Counted from the whole stretch's first letter, positions 18,313 through 29,485 are shown. The stretch is 61,177 nt of DNA, filler included, from 3 parts of 3 records of this genome joined end to end with filler, not necessarily neighbours in it; one strand, 5' to 3'. The notes: generated by a model not told the origin, from the sequence alone. Numbers and translations are program-made.

Positions 18313-19365
18313 TCAGTTGACCCGGCCGGAGCGGCCCGAGGCCATGAGCAGCCATAGCAGGAACAGGGCGCCGCAGGCACCCGTGACGACGCCGACAGGC
18401 AGTTGCACCGTCGGCAGCAAGTGTTGCGCCAGCAGATCGGAAACCAGCATGACCAGTGCGCCGACGAGGGCGGCCTGGGCAAAGCCGCGCCCAGCCCCCT
18501 TGAGCAGGCTACGGGCCAAGGGGCCGGAAACGAAAGCGACAAAGCCCACCGGCCCCACTGCGGCAGTGGCAAACGCAGCAAAGCCGACGGCCACCAGCAT
18601 CAGGCCAAGGCGGGTCAATTCAACCGGCGCGCCGAGCGCGCGCGCGGTATCGTCGCCCAGTTCCATGGCATCAAGGGCGCGCACCAGCCCGATCATCAGC
18701 GGGATGAGCACCAGCATGGCGCCGGCCAGGACAATGGAGTCACCGGGGCGAGCGGCATTAAGGCTGCCGACGAGCCAGGCCATAGCCTGCTGCACCTCGT
18801 TGAGGCGTGCGCGGGTGAACAGATAGGAGATGACGGCCGCCAGCATCGCGGCCATGCCGATGCCGATAAGCACGACTCGGAAGGCCGTGACGCCATTGCG
18901 CCAGGCCAGGAAATAGATCGCAAGGGCGGTGAGGACCGCGCCGCCAAAGGCACCGAAAGAAACAGCAATCCCCGACCAGCCCAGGATGATGATGCAGAAC
19001 ACGGCGGCGGCGCTGGCGCCATGGGCGATGCCGATAATGTCCGGGCTGGCCAAGGGGTTACGCAAAAGAGTTTGGAAAATGATTCCGGCCAGGGCAAAGC
19101 TCGCGCCGGAGAGCACGGCCAGAATGGCGCGCGGCAGGCGGACCTGCAGGACGATGAAATCGACACTGCGATCGGCAAGGCCGGTCAATGGCGACAGCAG
19201 CGACCGGAGAATGCCCGAGACCGGCACCGGATAGTCGCCAAGATAGAGCGCCAGGGCAAAGGCGGCCAGCAGGGCCAGGGACAGGCCGAGCAGGACATTG
19301 CGCCGGCGCGTGGCCGCAGCGTGCCGCACGGCGCTGATGCGCGAGGTGTCGGCAATGGCGCTCAT
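18313..19365 (-). CDS. FecCD-family iron-chelate permease (FepG-like)
   Basis: RLPR, QTLLRNPLASPDIIG, LPVGVVT. Confidence 0.92.
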   Translation of the reverse strand: MSAIADTSRISAVRHAAATRRRNVLLGLSLALLAAFALALYLGDYPVPVSGILRSLLSPLTGLADRSVDFIVLQVRLPRAILAVLSGASFALAGIIFQTLLRNPLASPDIIGIAHGASAAAVFCIIILGWSGIAVSFGAFGGAVLTALAIYFLAWRNGVTAFRVVLIGIGMAAMLAAVISYLFTRARLNEVQQAMAWLVGSLNAARPGDSIVLAGAMLVLIPLMIGLVRALDAMELGDDTARALGAPVELTRLGLMLVAVGFAAFATAAVGPVGFVAFVSGPLARSLLKGAGRGFAQAALVGALVMLVSDLLAQHLLPTVQLPVGVVTGACGALFLLWLLMASGRSGRVN

Positions 19366-20390
19366 AGCGAAGCCAGCTTGCGGCGCCGGACCAGCGCGAT
19401 GAAGAAGGGGGCACCCAGAAATGCCGTGACGATGCCCACCTGTACTTCGCCGGGCGGCGCGATGACCCGGCCCAGCACGTCGGCGCCAAGCAGCAAGATG
19501 GGGGCCAGCAGCATGGAATAGGGCAATATCCAGCGATAGCCGGGGCCGGTGATGGCGCGGGCGACATGGGGCACGGTAAGGCCGACAAAGGCGATGGGAC
19601 CGGCAGCGGCGGTGCTCGCTCCGGCCAGAATGACAGCGGCGAGACCGGCCATGCCGCGGGAGAGACCAATGCGCTGGCCAAGGGCCTTGGCGACGTCATC
19701 GCCCATGGACAGACCATCGAGCAGTCGCGCGGTTGCGAGGGCCAGGATCATGCCGACGGCCAGGAAGGGAGCGACCTGCAGGGCGATGTCCATGGACCGG
19801 CCGGACAGCGAGCCAACCTGCCAGAAGCGGATTTCATCCAGGGTTCGCGGGCTGGTGAGCAGGATGGCGTTGATGATGGAATGAAGCACGGCGGTGATAG
19901 CGGCGCCAGCCAAAGCGAGCTTGACCGGGGTGGCGCCTTCGCGCCCGAGCGAGGCGACTGAATAGACCACGAGCATGGCGGCCCCTGCCCCGGCGAAGGC
20001 CATCCAGGCATAGGTCGAAAGCTGGGTCATGCCCAACAGGGCGACGCCCAGAACCACGGCAAGAGAGGCGCCGGCGTGAATGCCAAGGATGGAGGGGTCG
20101 GCCAATGGATTGCGCGTGGCCCCCTGCAGCACCGCGCCTGCAAGACCAAGGGCAGCCCCGACCATCAGGCCAACCACGGTGCGCGGCATGCGCAGATCCC
20201 AGATGATCCGGTGCTCGGTGGCGTTGGGATCGAAAGCGACCAGGGCGGTCCAGACATTTTCAAGCGGTATGGCGCGGGCGCCGGTGGCGAGCGAGAGCAT
20301 GGCGATGACGGCCAGTGCAAAACCGAGCAGAAGCAGGCCCAGCGTCAGCCGGGCCGCCTTTTGAGCGCGATTGCCTGCCGCCTCACTCAT
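19362..20390 (-). CDS. FecCD-family iron-chelate permease (FepD-like)
   Basis: RMPRT, QGATRNPLADPSILG, GPIAFVGL; 4-nt overlap with the next gene. Confidence 0.92.
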   Translation of the reverse strand: MSEAAGNRAQKAARLTLGLLLLGFALAVIAMLSLATGARAIPLENVWTALVAFDPNATEHRIIWDLRMPRTVVGLMVGAALGLAGAVLQGATRNPLADPSILGIHAGASLAVVLGVALLGMTQLSTYAWMAFAGAGAAMLVVYSVASLGREGATPVKLALAGAAITAVLHSIINAILLTSPRTLDEIRFWQVGSLSGRSMDIALQVAPFLAVGMILALATARLLDGLSMGDDVAKALGQRIGLSRGMAGLAAVILAGASTAAAGPIAFVGLTVPHVARAITGPGYRWILPYSMLLAPILLLGADVLGRVIAPPGEVQVGIVTAFLGAPFFIALVRRRKLASL

Positions 20391-20399
20391 GGCGCCGGA

Positions 20400-21341
20400 T
20401 CAGGGCGCCAGATTGGCGTCGGCGGCGTTGATTGCGTCAGTGAGCTTGGCCAGTTCGCTGGCATAGGCGCCGTAGTTGCGCAGCCAGAAAGCGGGCCAGT
20501 CGGTAACCTGCCCGACTTCTGCGGCCTTAATGAGGGTCCAGGTGGGCTGGGCCAGCGCGGTTTCCATGGTTGCTTCGGAGCGGTTGTCGACCAGGATCAG
20601 ATCGGGCTGGTACTTGTCGGCGTTTTCCCAGGAGAGGGTTTCCCAATAACCTCGGTCATCAGCCACTTCGGGATCGATGAGGTTGAGGCCCCAGGATGCG
20701 AAATCCATCAGCTCGGAGGAGCCTTCGGTGGCCGCTACATAAAGCGCGTCCGCGCCCGCCCATACGGCAAGCGCGGTCAGATCGGGCTTGGAGGTCACTG
20801 CGGTCTTGAACTCGGAGAGCGCGGTTTCGAACCCGGTCTTGGCGGCCGCGATCTCGGGGGCGGACAGGTCGGCTCCGAGGCTCCGTGCAAGCTCTTCATA
20901 GTCTTCGATCAGGGTGAGGATGGAGGCCCCCTGCTCCGGGCCGGTGATCGGTGCAAGCGGCGAGAGCGCAGTGACGACATCAGCACCGCCGGACCACGTC
21001 GTCTCCAGCGGCCAGAACTCAGCAACGATCAGGTCAGGGTCAAGGGCGGCGGCCTTTTCGATGTCAACTTCGCCCCAGGCCTGACCGATGATTTCGATGC
21101 CCGAGAGGTCGAGCCCCTGCAAGGCCTTGGCATCAGCGACGGCGCTATCGGCATAGATGCCCACCGGGCGGATGCCGAGCGGGATGAGGCCGGCCGCTGC
21201 ATCCTGGCTAGCGATGATGCGCACCGGCGTTTCATCCAACGTGACCGCCTCGCCATCGCCTCCGACAAAGCTCCATTGCGCAGCCGCAGGCAGAGCGGAG
21301 CCAGCGAACAGGGCGAGGGCGACCATAGAGGAGCGGAGCAT
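20400..21341 (-). CDS. iron-siderophore ABC substrate-binding protein
   Basis: Signal peptide, PVRII, LGIRPVG, VDIEKAAALDPDLIV; first gene of the ABC operon. Confidence 0.88.
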   Translation of the reverse strand: MLRSSMVALALFAGSALPAAAQWSFVGGDGEAVTLDETPVRIIASQDAAAGLIPLGIRPVGIYADSAVADAKALQGLDLSGIEIIGQAWGEVDIEKAAALDPDLIVAEFWPLETTWSGGADVVTALSPLAPITGPEQGASILTLIEDYEELARSLGADLSAPEIAAAKTGFETALSEFKTAVTSKPDLTALAVWAGADALYVAATEGSSELMDFASWGLNLIDPEVADDRGYWETLSWENADKYQPDLILVDNRSEATMETALAQPTWTLIKAAEVGQVTDWPAFWLRNYGAYASELAKLTDAINAADANLAP

Positions 21342-21387
21342 GACGGACCTTTCAGGAGCGGGAAATTTTCCGTTCCCTAGACCTCGT

Positions 21388-21410
21388 AAGATGAGCGGTC
21401 AAGTCATGTT
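21388..21410. promoter_or_regulatory. candidate RirA IRO box (TGA-N9-TCA)
   Basis: AAGATGA-GCGGTCAAG-TCATGTT about 50 bp upstream of the iron ABC operon. Confidence 0.6.
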
Positions 21411-21504
21411 AATGCCAAGGCCGATGGATTCTGGCGGGCAGAACAGATTGATTGCCCGGACAAGCCGGGCATTGAGATTGAACAGGCGTTCGGGTCTTGG
21501 CAGG

Positions 21505-22752
21505 CTAGGCGGCCGGTTCTGCCGGCCGGCGGTACTGATAGATGCCCACGTCGATGGCGCTCTCGGTGAAGCCGGCTTCACAATAAGAGAGGTAATAGAC
21601 CCATTTGCGCCTGAACACCTCGTCATAGCCAAGCGGTGCGATCATCGGCCAGCGCTCAAGGAAACGCTCGCGCCAGAGCCGCAGGGTGCGGGCATAGGAC
21701 TGGCCGAAAGTCTCCACCTGTTCGAGCACGAGGCCATAGCGGTTGCCGAACTCCTGCATCACCGTCTTGGTGAGCAGCATGCCACCGGGGAAGATGTAGC
21801 GCTGGATGAAATCGGGCCCGGCCTTGTAGTTGTCGAAGTCCCGCTCCTGGATGGTGATGGCCTGGATGGCGGCGGTGCCGCCCGGCTTCAGGCGATCATG
21901 CAGGGTCTGGAAATAACTTGGCCAATTGTCCTCCCCGACAGCCTCGATCATTTCAATCGAGCCGATATGGTCGAACTGGCCCTGAGTGTGGCGATAATCC
22001 TCGAAGACGAGAGTCGCAAACTCGTCGAGCCCCTGACGCTTTAGACGTTCGAGGCCAAACTTCAACTGCTCGGCAGAAAGGGTGATGCCGCGTAAATTGG
22101 CCTTGTAGTCGCGCGCCACGGTTTCTGCGAATCCACCCCAGCCACAGCCGATTTCGAGCACCGAGGCGCCTTCGGTAATGCCGGCCAAGTCGGCAACACG
22201 ATGGTATTTTGCCAGTTGGGCTTCTTCCAGGCTTTGGTCGCCGGAGGTGAAGACCGCCGAGGAATAGGTCATCGAGGGATCGAGCCACTGGCCATAGAAA
22301 TCATTGCCGAGATCGTAGTGCTCGGCGATATTTTTCTTGGAGCCTTCCAGCGTATTGCGGCGCGAGAGATGGTAATGCAGATCGGCGGCCGCGCGGCGAA
22401 AGAACCCCTTGCCGGCCTGATCGAACATATCCCGGTTTTGCAGGAAGAAGCGGAACAACGCTGTCAGGTCGTCCGATTCGATATCGCCATTCATATAGGC
22501 CGCGGCGAAGCCGACTGTGCCGCGATGCATGGCCTCGGAAATGACCCTCAGATTCTTCAGTCGCAAGGTGGCGTGCTCGCCAGCATTGCCCTGCCCCACT
22601 GTACGGGTGCGCCCATTGGGAAAGACTACGGTCAGCGAGCCATGCATGGGCTTGCCGATCAAGGAAACGCCAATTCTTTCTACCAGCCAGGACGTCAGGT
22701 GCGTCCAGAGCGAAGTGCCAGTCTGAGAGTGTTCGACGGCTGTTTTTGTCAT
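21505..22752 (-). CDS. cfa: cyclopropane-fatty-acyl-phospholipid synthase family methyltransferase
   Basis: HYDLGNDFY, MTYSSA, LEIGCGWG, SIEMIEAVG, YIFPGG, YCEAGF; start taken as ATG 22752. Confidence 0.88.
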   Translation of the reverse strand: MTKTAVEHSQTGTSLWTHLTSWLVERIGVSLIGKPMHGSLTVVFPNGRTRTVGQGNAGEHATLRLKNLRVISEAMHRGTVGFAAAYMNGDIESDDLTALFRFFLQNRDMFDQAGKGFFRRAAADLHYHLSRRNTLEGSKKNIAEHYDLGNDFYGQWLDPSMTYSSAVFTSGDQSLEEAQLAKYHRVADLAGITEGASVLEIGCGWGGFAETVARDYKANLRGITLSAEQLKFGLERLKRQGLDEFATLVFEDYRHTQGQFDHIGSIEMIEAVGEDNWPSYFQTLHDRLKPGGTAAIQAITIQERDFDNYKAGPDFIQRYIFPGGMLLTKTVMQEFGNRYGLVLEQVETFGQSYARTLRLWRERFLERWPMIAPLGYDEVFRRKWVYYLSYCEAGFTESAIDVGIYQYRRPAEPAA

Positions 22753-22980
22753 TGTGCCGCTTGGTCCAACTTTAGCAAGAAAATGGCGGCGCAACGCGTG
22801 CCCGTCGCCAAGCATGAGTGTCAGAATGGCCCTGCCAGAGAGGCGTCGCCTCCCACAGGACACCAGAAGATAGTTTATCCGTCGCAATTGGATATGCAAG
22901 TCGCCTGTCACATTCAGGCGACCTATCGGTCAATGTGCCAACGCACTACGAACGTCATATGGGATTGGATCTATGCCGGA

Positions 22981-24771
22981 TCAACGCGGCGGGCGCGCAA
23001 TGTCGATCAGTCGGAACTGGGGCTGTTCACGACCTTGGTAATGATCGATCGACAGGCCGCCGGCGAAGTGCAATGGACCGTCGCTATCGCGCATCAAGGT
23101 ATCGCCGAGCGCGGTGCCGGCGGCCCTGAAGGCAATTGCCTTGAGCTTGGCGCCATCGTCGGACGCCAGCGAGAAGCTGATATGGCCACCCTTGCCAACA
23201 ATCTGGGGGAAGCGGGCGCGGTGGGCAGGAAAAGCGAAGACCGGCGAAGGATTGCCGGCGCCGTACGGCCCTGCCCGCTCCAGATTGTGCAGCAGATCGA
23301 TATTGGCGCCGCGCGCGGTCAAGGCCGCGTCGATCTTGAGCGCGGAGGCCGCCCGCGCCACCCCGACACTGGCACTGAGCTTTTCGGCCAGGAACGCCCG
23401 GAATGGCCCCAAATCGCCGGGGCGCAGGCTGACACCGGCCGCCATGGCGTGACCTCCGCCCTTGGGAATAATGCCGGTCTCAACCGCCTCGATGACGGCG
23501 CTGCCCAGATCGACGCCCGGCATGGATCGGCCCGAGCCGGTGCCGGTGCCGTCGGGATTGAGGGCGATGGCGAAGCTGGGACGCTCGAAGCGTTCGCGTA
23601 GCCGCGCGGCAATCAGGCCAACCACACCGGGATGCCAGTCGGCCGAAGCCAGGACCAGGACGGGCGGGCCTTCCCCGCTGCCGATTTCGGCTTCAGCGGT
23701 CGCGGCGGCCTGCTCCACGGCCTCGACTTCTATGCGCTGCCGCTCTCCATTGAGTTCGTCGAGCTGGGCGGCGATGACCATGGCCTGATGCTCGTCGTCC
23801 AGCGCGAGGAGGCGTGTCCCCAAGGCCGCGTCGCCAATGCGCCCGCCGGCATTGATGCGCGGGCCGATGAGAAAGCCCAGATGGTAGGGATTGAGCGGGC
23901 CACTTGCGCGGGCCGCCAGGGCCAAGGCCGAAAGGCCAGGTTTTTCACCACGCCGTGCGACTTCCAGACCCCGGACCACAAAGGCGCGATTAAGGCCGGT
24001 CAGCGGGACAACGTCGCAGACGGTGGCAAGCGCCACCAGATCGAGCAGGTTCAGCAGATCGGGCAATCCAGTATCACCACGGTTTCGCAAAGCGCGGTTG
24101 ACCGCCACCAGAACCATGAAGGTAACGCCAGCCGCACAGAGATAGCCCAGGCCCGAAATGTCATCGGGCCGGTTGGGATTGACCAGGGCATTGGCAGGGG
24201 GCAATTCGTGGTCGACCAGATGATGGTCGATGACCAGAACATCGGCGCCCTTTTCGCGGGCGTGGGCGATGGGTCCCTCGCTGGTGGTGCCGCAGTCGAG
24301 CGTGATGATCAGGCTTGCGCCGGCATCGATCAGCTTATCCATGGCCGCGCTGTTGGGGCCGTAGCCCTCAAATATCCGATCGGGAATGTGGACCTGAGGC
24401 TCGATAGCGAAATGCCTCAGGTATCGCGTCATCAAAGCGCAGGAACAGGCGCCGTCCACGTCATAATCGCCAAAGAGCGCGACGGGTTCATTGTCTGTGA
24501 TGGCCCTGGCCAGGCGCTCGGCGAGATCTTCCATGCCGGTCATGGTCGAAGGATCCGGCATCAGGGCCCTGATGGTCGGCTCAAGATAGCTTTCGGCGGC
24601 CTCAAGGCTCACGCCTCGGCCGGCCATTATACGTGCCAGGATATCTGGAATGCCGGTCCGCTGGCCAATGGCCGTGGCATTGCGCGCCGCGCCCATGTCG
24701 AGCCGATCCACCCAGGCACGGCCGGAGACCGATTGGGTGATGTCGAGAAAAGGGCGTGGGGTTTCGGGCAT
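22981..24771 (-). CDS. recJ: single-stranded DNA exonuclease RecJ
   Basis: GDYDVDG, LDCG, DHH, GPRINAGGR, GGGHAMAAG, PYGAGNP. Confidence 0.96.
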   Translation of the reverse strand: MPETPRPFLDITQSVSGRAWVDRLDMGAARNATAIGQRTGIPDILARIMAGRGVSLEAAESYLEPTIRALMPDPSTMTGMEDLAERLARAITDNEPVALFGDYDVDGACSCALMTRYLRHFAIEPQVHIPDRIFEGYGPNSAAMDKLIDAGASLIITLDCGTTSEGPIAHAREKGADVLVIDHHLVDHELPPANALVNPNRPDDISGLGYLCAAGVTFMVLVAVNRALRNRGDTGLPDLLNLLDLVALATVCDVVPLTGLNRAFVVRGLEVARRGEKPGLSALALAARASGPLNPYHLGFLIGPRINAGGRIGDAALGTRLLALDDEHQAMVIAAQLDELNGERQRIEVEAVEQAAATAEAEIGSGEGPPVLVLASADWHPGVVGLIAARLRERFERPSFAIALNPDGTGTGSGRSMPGVDLGSAVIEAVETGIIPKGGGHAMAAGVSLRPGDLGPFRAFLAEKLSASVGVARAASALKIDAALTARGANIDLLHNLERAGPYGAGNPSPVFAFPAHRARFPQIVGKGGHISFSLASDDGAKLKAIAFRAAGTALGDTLMRDSDGPLHFAGGLSIDHYQGREQPQFRLIDIARPPR

Positions 24772-24825
24772 GGGTGAGGGTTATGGGATTTTGGGTTGGG
24801 TGGGAAGGGGTTGACGGCGAAGAGA

Positions 24826-24871
24826 CCCCTCATCCGCCCTTCGGGCAACTTCTCCCACAAGGGGAAAAGGG
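24826..24871. repeat. RIME/REP-like intergenic double hairpin
   Basis: CCCCTCATCCGCCCTTCGGGCAACTTCTCCCACAAGGGGAAAAGGG; resembles a common rhizobial extragenic palindrome. Confidence 0.6.
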
Positions 24872-24888
24872 TGGCATCGCGTGCGCCG

Positions 24889-25875
24889 CTACCGCGCGTG
24901 CCGCGCCTTGATCCAGCGCGTGGTCTGGCTCCAGCTGCGCATGACGACGGTCGAGGTCTCGACCCAGCCGCGCCGCAGGCGGACGCCGTCGGCAAGTGAG
25001 CCGTCGGTGACGCCGGTGGCCGAAAACAGCACGTCGCCGGAAGCCAGTTCGGTCACATCGTAGATGCGATTGGGGTCGGTTATGCCCATTTCCTTGGCGT
25101 GTATGCGCTTGTCGGGCGTATCGAGGATGAGTTTGCCCTGCATCTGCCCACCGATACAGCGCAAGGCCGCGGCGGCCAGCACGCCTTCGGGGGCGCCGCC
25201 GGAGCCAAGATAGATATCAACGCCGGTGTCAGCTGTGTTGACGGCGTGGATGACGCCGGCGATGTCGCCGTCGCTGAGCAGTTTGACCGAAACCCCGGCC
25301 GTGCGCAGCTCTTCGAGCAGACCACCATGACGCGGACGATCAAGCACGATGGCGGTGATTTCGGAGATCGGCACGCCCTTGGCCTTGGCCAGCGCCTTCA
25401 CATTCTCGGTCGCCGACCATTCGATATGTACGGTTTCGGGCGGATATTCGGCGCCGATGGCGATCTTGTGCATGTAGACGTTGCGGGCAACGTTGAGCAG
25501 GCCGCCGCGTTCGGCCATGGCGAGGACGACAAGCGAATCGGGCTGGTTCTTGGCGCAGAGGGTGACGCCTTCAAGCGGATCCACGGCGATGTCGACTTCG
25601 GGGCCCTGCCCCTGGCCAACCGGCTGGCCGACAAAAAGATCGTCACATTCGAACTGCTCGCCCTCGCCGATGACGATGCGGCCGGCAATGGCGACTTCGT
25701 CCAGTTCAGCCTTCATGGCGGCGACGGCGGCCTCATCGGCGGCTTTTTCATTGCCCTTGCCGCGCCACTCGGCTGCTGCGATGGCCGCCCGCTCGGTGAC
25801 GCGCACCATCTCAAGCGTCAAGGTGCGATGCAGATTGGCCGGATCCCGACCGTGTTCGACCTTGCTGAGCTTCAT
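24889..25875 (-). CDS. glpX: class II fructose-1,6-bisphosphatase
   Basis: VRVTERAA, IVIGEGE, DIAVDPLEG, DRPRH, DGD, GGAPEGVL, ATGVTDG. Confidence 0.95.
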   Translation of the reverse strand: MKLSKVEHGRDPANLHRTLTLEMVRVTERAAIAAAEWRGKGNEKAADEAAVAAMKAELDEVAIAGRIVIGEGEQFECDDLFVGQPVGQGQGPEVDIAVDPLEGVTLCAKNQPDSLVVLAMAERGGLLNVARNVYMHKIAIGAEYPPETVHIEWSATENVKALAKAKGVPISEITAIVLDRPRHGGLLEELRTAGVSVKLLSDGDIAGVIHAVNTADTGVDIYLGSGGAPEGVLAAAALRCIGGQMQGKLILDTPDKRIHAKEMGITDPNRIYDVTELASGDVLFSATGVTDGSLADGVRLRRGWVETSTVVMRSWSQTTRWIKARHAR

Positions 25876-25903
25876 GTTCCCCCCTGAAGCTCTTCCGCCA
25901 GGG

Positions 25904-26741
25904 TCAGAGCTTTTCGATCCGTATCAATTGTGGTTCGCCGACTATGAACCCATCATCGGCTATCTGTGCAAGCGCTTCGCGCACCGATGATTCCAAAGTC
26001 TGTTGGGTAATCATCACGACGGTCCGGGCCGGCGACCCATCGGGCGCGATGGCTTTGGCACTCAAATCGGACCGCTGGATGACAGAATCGATGGAGATCG
26101 ACTTTTCCCCCATGCGTGTGGCGATGGCCGCCAAGGCGCCGGGCACGTCCTTGGCGCTGAGGCGGATATAGAAGCCGCCCTCGTGGGCGCGGTGCGGCGC
26201 TTCCCGATAGGGCAAGAGCTCATCGCTGGGCACGCCGAGCGGCGGCACACGGGTGCCGCGGGCAATGTCGAGGATATCGGAAAGGACCGAGGAGGCCGTG
26301 GGTGGGCCACCGGCGCCCGGCCCGGCCAGCAGCAGTTCGTGCACATGGTCGGTTTCAAGGGCGATCGCGTTCATCACGCCATCAACACCGGCGATAGCGC
26401 TGCCCTTGGGCACGAAAGTGGGGTGGACGCGCTGTTCAATGCCGCTATCGGTGCGCTCGGCAATGCCCAGCAGCTTGATCTTGTAACCGAGTTCGGCGGC
26501 CACCTGGATATCATGCTGGGTGATGTTGGAAATGCCCTCAACCCGCATCTTGTCGGGGGCGATTTCATAGCCAAAACAGAGGGTCGAGAGGATCGAGAGC
26601 TTGTGGGCGGTATCAAACCCCTCGACGTCAAACGTCGGGTCGGCCTCCGCATAGCCAAGGGCCTGGGCGTCCTTGAGGCAATCGGCAAAGGATATGCCCT
26701 CATTGCCCATGCGGGTGAGGATGTAGTTGCAGGTGCCGTTC
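25904..26741 (-). CDS. hom: homoserine dehydrogenase, 5' truncated at contig end, with ACT domain
   Basis: NGTCNYILTRM, AQALGYAEADPTFDVEGFDTAHK, GPGAGG.PTAS. Confidence 0.95.
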
Positions 26742-26841
26742 NNNNNNNNNNNNNNNNNNNNNNNNNNNNNNNNNNNNNNNNNNNNTTAATTAATTAANNN
26801 NNNNNNNNNNNNNNNNNNNNNNNNNNNNNNNNNNNNNNNNN
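26742..26841. other. artificial contig linker
   Basis: 44 N + TTAATTAATTAA (stops in all six frames) + 44 N; genes on both sides are truncated. Confidence 0.98.
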
Positions 26842-27267
26842 GCTGATGTGATTTATCACATTGAGGATGATCAGCAGGCTCTATGTGAAATGGCCCGCGT
26901 GCTCCAACCGGGAGGGATTATGATTATCAATGTGCCAGCCTATCGCTGGCTCTGGTCCTATCACGATGAGGCGGTGCATTCGGTCCGGCGTTATGGCCGC
27001 AAAGAACTGCGAATCAAACTAGCCAAGGCGGGTCTGGACTGTCTGACATTGACTCACGGAAATATGTTTTTGCTCCCCTTGATCATTTTGCGCCGAAAAC
27101 TTTGGCCGGCACCAACGAGTGGCAGTGATGTGCAGGACTATCCCTCTTGGCTGAATGGTATTCTCAAAGGAGTGATGGCGACGGAACGGGTGTTGTTATC
27201 GGTCTTTGGTCGGCTTCCTTTTGGCAGTTCACTTCTCGCCGCAGCCAGAAAAATAGAGGGCAAATGA
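26842..27267 (+). CDS. class I SAM-dependent methyltransferase, 5' truncated
   Basis: DVIYHIEDD...EMARVLQPGG...VPAYRWLWSYHDEAVH.RRY. Confidence 0.85.
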   Translation, partial: ADVIYHIEDDQQALCEMARVLQPGGIMIINVPAYRWLWSYHDEAVHSVRRYGRKELRIKLAKAGLDCLTLTHGNMFLLPLIILRRKLWPAPTSGSDVQDYPSWLNGILKGVMATERVLLSVFGRLPFGSSLLAAARKIEGK

Positions 27268-27366
27268 CTTTTAGATGACTCGGATCGGCGCTTGCTGGCT
27301 TTGGTAAGTATGGAATTGTAATGAGCCCTATGCCGATGCTCCCCAAGCAAATCACTCAATCACCCC

Positions 27367-28377
27367 GTGACTGAATCGCTTCTTCAATCATCCTTGGAAG
27401 TCAATTATGTCGGCAAAAAGGTGCTGATTACAGGTGGATTGGGTTTTATTGGCTCCAATCTCGCGCGACAGTTGGTGGCTTGGGGAAGCGATGTCACGAT
27501 TGTGGACTGCCTGATTCCGGAATATGGAGGTAATCGGCACAATGTGGTGGGAATTGAAGATCGGCTGACGATACATGTTGCTGACGTGCGTGATCACGCG
27601 AGTTTGCCTGATCTGGTCCGCGGTCAGGATTACCTTTTTAACCTCGCGGGACAAACCAGCCACATGGATTCGATGACGGATCCGGAAACGGATCTGGAAA
27701 TTAACTGCCGGGCGCAGCTCGCGATCTTGGAGGCCTGTCGTCTGCATAATCCGGGCATCCGCATTGTGTTCGCGAGCACCAGACAACTTTACGGGCGACC
27801 GAAAAAATTACCAGTGAGTGAAGACCATCCCTTGCGTCCGGTCGATGTGAACGGGATCAATAAACAAGCAGGAGAGTCATTCCATCTGCTCTATTCGCAG
27901 GTGCACGGGATCCGCAGCACAGTGCTGCGGTTGACGAATACGATTGGTCCAAGGATGCGGGTGAAAGACGCGCGTCAAACATTCGTCGGGGTATGGATCC
28001 GTGCGCTCATGGAAGAACATCCGTTCGAGGTGTGGGGTGGTGAACAGTTGCGTGATTTTACTTACGTGGATGATGCGGTGGAGGCGTTTTTGCTCGCGGC
28101 GGCGCGCGAAGAAGCGATTGGCAAAGTCTATAACTTAGGTGGGCCACCTCCTGTGACGTTGTGTGAATTGGCGGAATTGCTGGTCGCATTAGTGCCGACC
28201 GGCCGGTTTTCGCTGAAACAATTTCCGGCGGATCGAAAGAAAATCGATATCGGTGACTTTTACGCTGACTATGGTTTGATCGAAAACCAATTGGGCTGGT
28301 GCCCGCGCACCGGATTACGTGAGGCGTTGGAAAAGACAGTGACCTATTATCAACAGGAGCTAGCGCAATATGTCTGA
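27367..28377 (+). CDS. NAD-dependent nucleotide-sugar epimerase/dehydratase
   Basis: [31 protein letters not shown] replaces the usual YxxxK. Confidence 0.9.
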   Translation: MTESLLQSSLEVNYVGKKVLITGGLGFIGSNLARQLVAWGSDVTIVDCLIPEYGGNRHNVVGIEDRLTIHVADVRDHASLPDLVRGQDYLFNLAGQTSHMDSMTDPETDLEINCRAQLAILEACRLHNPGIRIVFASTRQLYGRPKKLPVSEDHPLRPVDVNGINKQAGESFHLLYSQVHGIRSTVLRLTNTIGPRMRVKDARQTFVGVWIRALMEEHPFEVWGGEQLRDFTYVDDAVEAFLLAAAREEAIGKVYNLGGPPPVTLCELAELLVALVPTGRFSLKQFPADRKKIDIGDFYADYGLIENQLGWCPRTGLREALEKTVTYYQQELAQYV

Positions 28378-29485
28378 ATTTCCCCGGATTCTCACCGCTG
28401 ATCCCAAGGCGGGATTCACAGCCCATGCGGATGAAATCCGTGAAGCGATCGAACGCGTGCTGGCAAGCGGCTATTACGTGTTAGGTCCCGAAGTCAGTAC
28501 ATTCGAGGAGGAGTGGTCGGCCTATCTTGGCGGAGGACGCACAATCGGAGTCGCTAATGGAACCGAGGCGTTGGAACTGGCGCTGAGGGCAGTGGGGGTT
28601 GGCGATGGTGATCGGGTCGCTACGGTGGCGAATACGGTCTCGGCGACGGCTGCGGCGATTCAACAGATCGGCGCTCATCCGATCTTAGTGGAGATTGACG
28701 ATGCAGCGATGACGATGTGTCCGGAGGCGTTGGAGACGCTGTTCGTGAATTCCGATGAATCAATCAAAGCGGTGGTGCCGGTGCATCTATACGGAAGGCC
28801 GGTCGCGATGCCTGAGATCGTTAAGATCGCGGCGAATCATGGCGCGAAGGTAGTGGAGGATTGCGCCCAGGCGCATGGGGCGAGTTGGGGAGGTCGGAAG
28901 GTCGGCACGTTTGGTGATGTGGCGGCATTCAGTTTTTATCCGACTAAAAACCTGGGAGGAATTGGGGATGGGGGAGCAGTCTATACTCGGAATGAGCATT
29001 TGGCTGAGAAGATTTCCCTTTTGCGGCAATATGGCTGGCGCGAGCGTTACATGAGCGCGGAACCGGGGAGGAATAGCCGATTGGACGAGCTTCAGGCTGC
29101 GATTCTTCGCGTAAAACTGCGAAGTCTGGATGTCGAGAATCGGTTACGCGCACAGTATGCTGCGCGGTATTTAAACTTGCTGAAGGACTCGGATCTGAAA
29201 CTGCCACTCACTGATGAAGTAAAAATTCAATCGGCATGGCATCAGTTTGCGGTGAGAAGCCCACGGCGTGGGGAGTTACAGTCCAAACTTACCGAGAAAG
29301 GTATCCATTGCGGAGTGCTTTATCCTGTGCCGCTGCATCATCAACCGGCGTATCAATCTGGGGTAAAATTGCCGTTGAGCGAACGAGCCTGTAAGGAAGT
29401 GCTTTGTTTACCTGTGCATCCGGGATTGAATGTCGGCGATATTGACAGGGTCGCTCAGGAAATTCTTCGTGGGCTTGCCTCATGA
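28370..29485 (+). CDS. DegT/DnrJ/EryC1/StrS sugar aminotransferase
   Basis: [29 protein letters not shown] (PLP lysine), [10 protein letters not shown]. Confidence 0.94.
   Translation: MSEFPRILTADPKAGFTAHADEIREAIERVLASGYYVLGPEVSTFEEEWSAYLGGGRTIGVANGTEALELALRAVGVGDGDRVATVANTVSATAAAIQQIGAHPILVEIDDAAMTMCPEALETLFVNSDESIKAVVPVHLYGRPVAMPEIVKIAANHGAKVVEDCAQAHGASWGGRKVGTFGDVAAFSFYPTKNLGGIGDGGAVYTRNEHLAEKISLLRQYGWRERYMSAEPGRNSRLDELQAAILRVKLRSLDVENRLRAQYAARYLNLLKDSDLKLPLTDEVKIQSAWHQFAVRSPRRGELQSKLTEKGIHCGVLYPVPLHHQPAYQSGVKLPLSERACKEVLCLPVHPGLNVGDIDRVAQEILRGLAS

Noticed and set aside
26786-26797. TTAATTAATTAA palindrome, repeated at 55356-55367
   Set aside because: Synthetic all-frame-stop linker embedded in N runs
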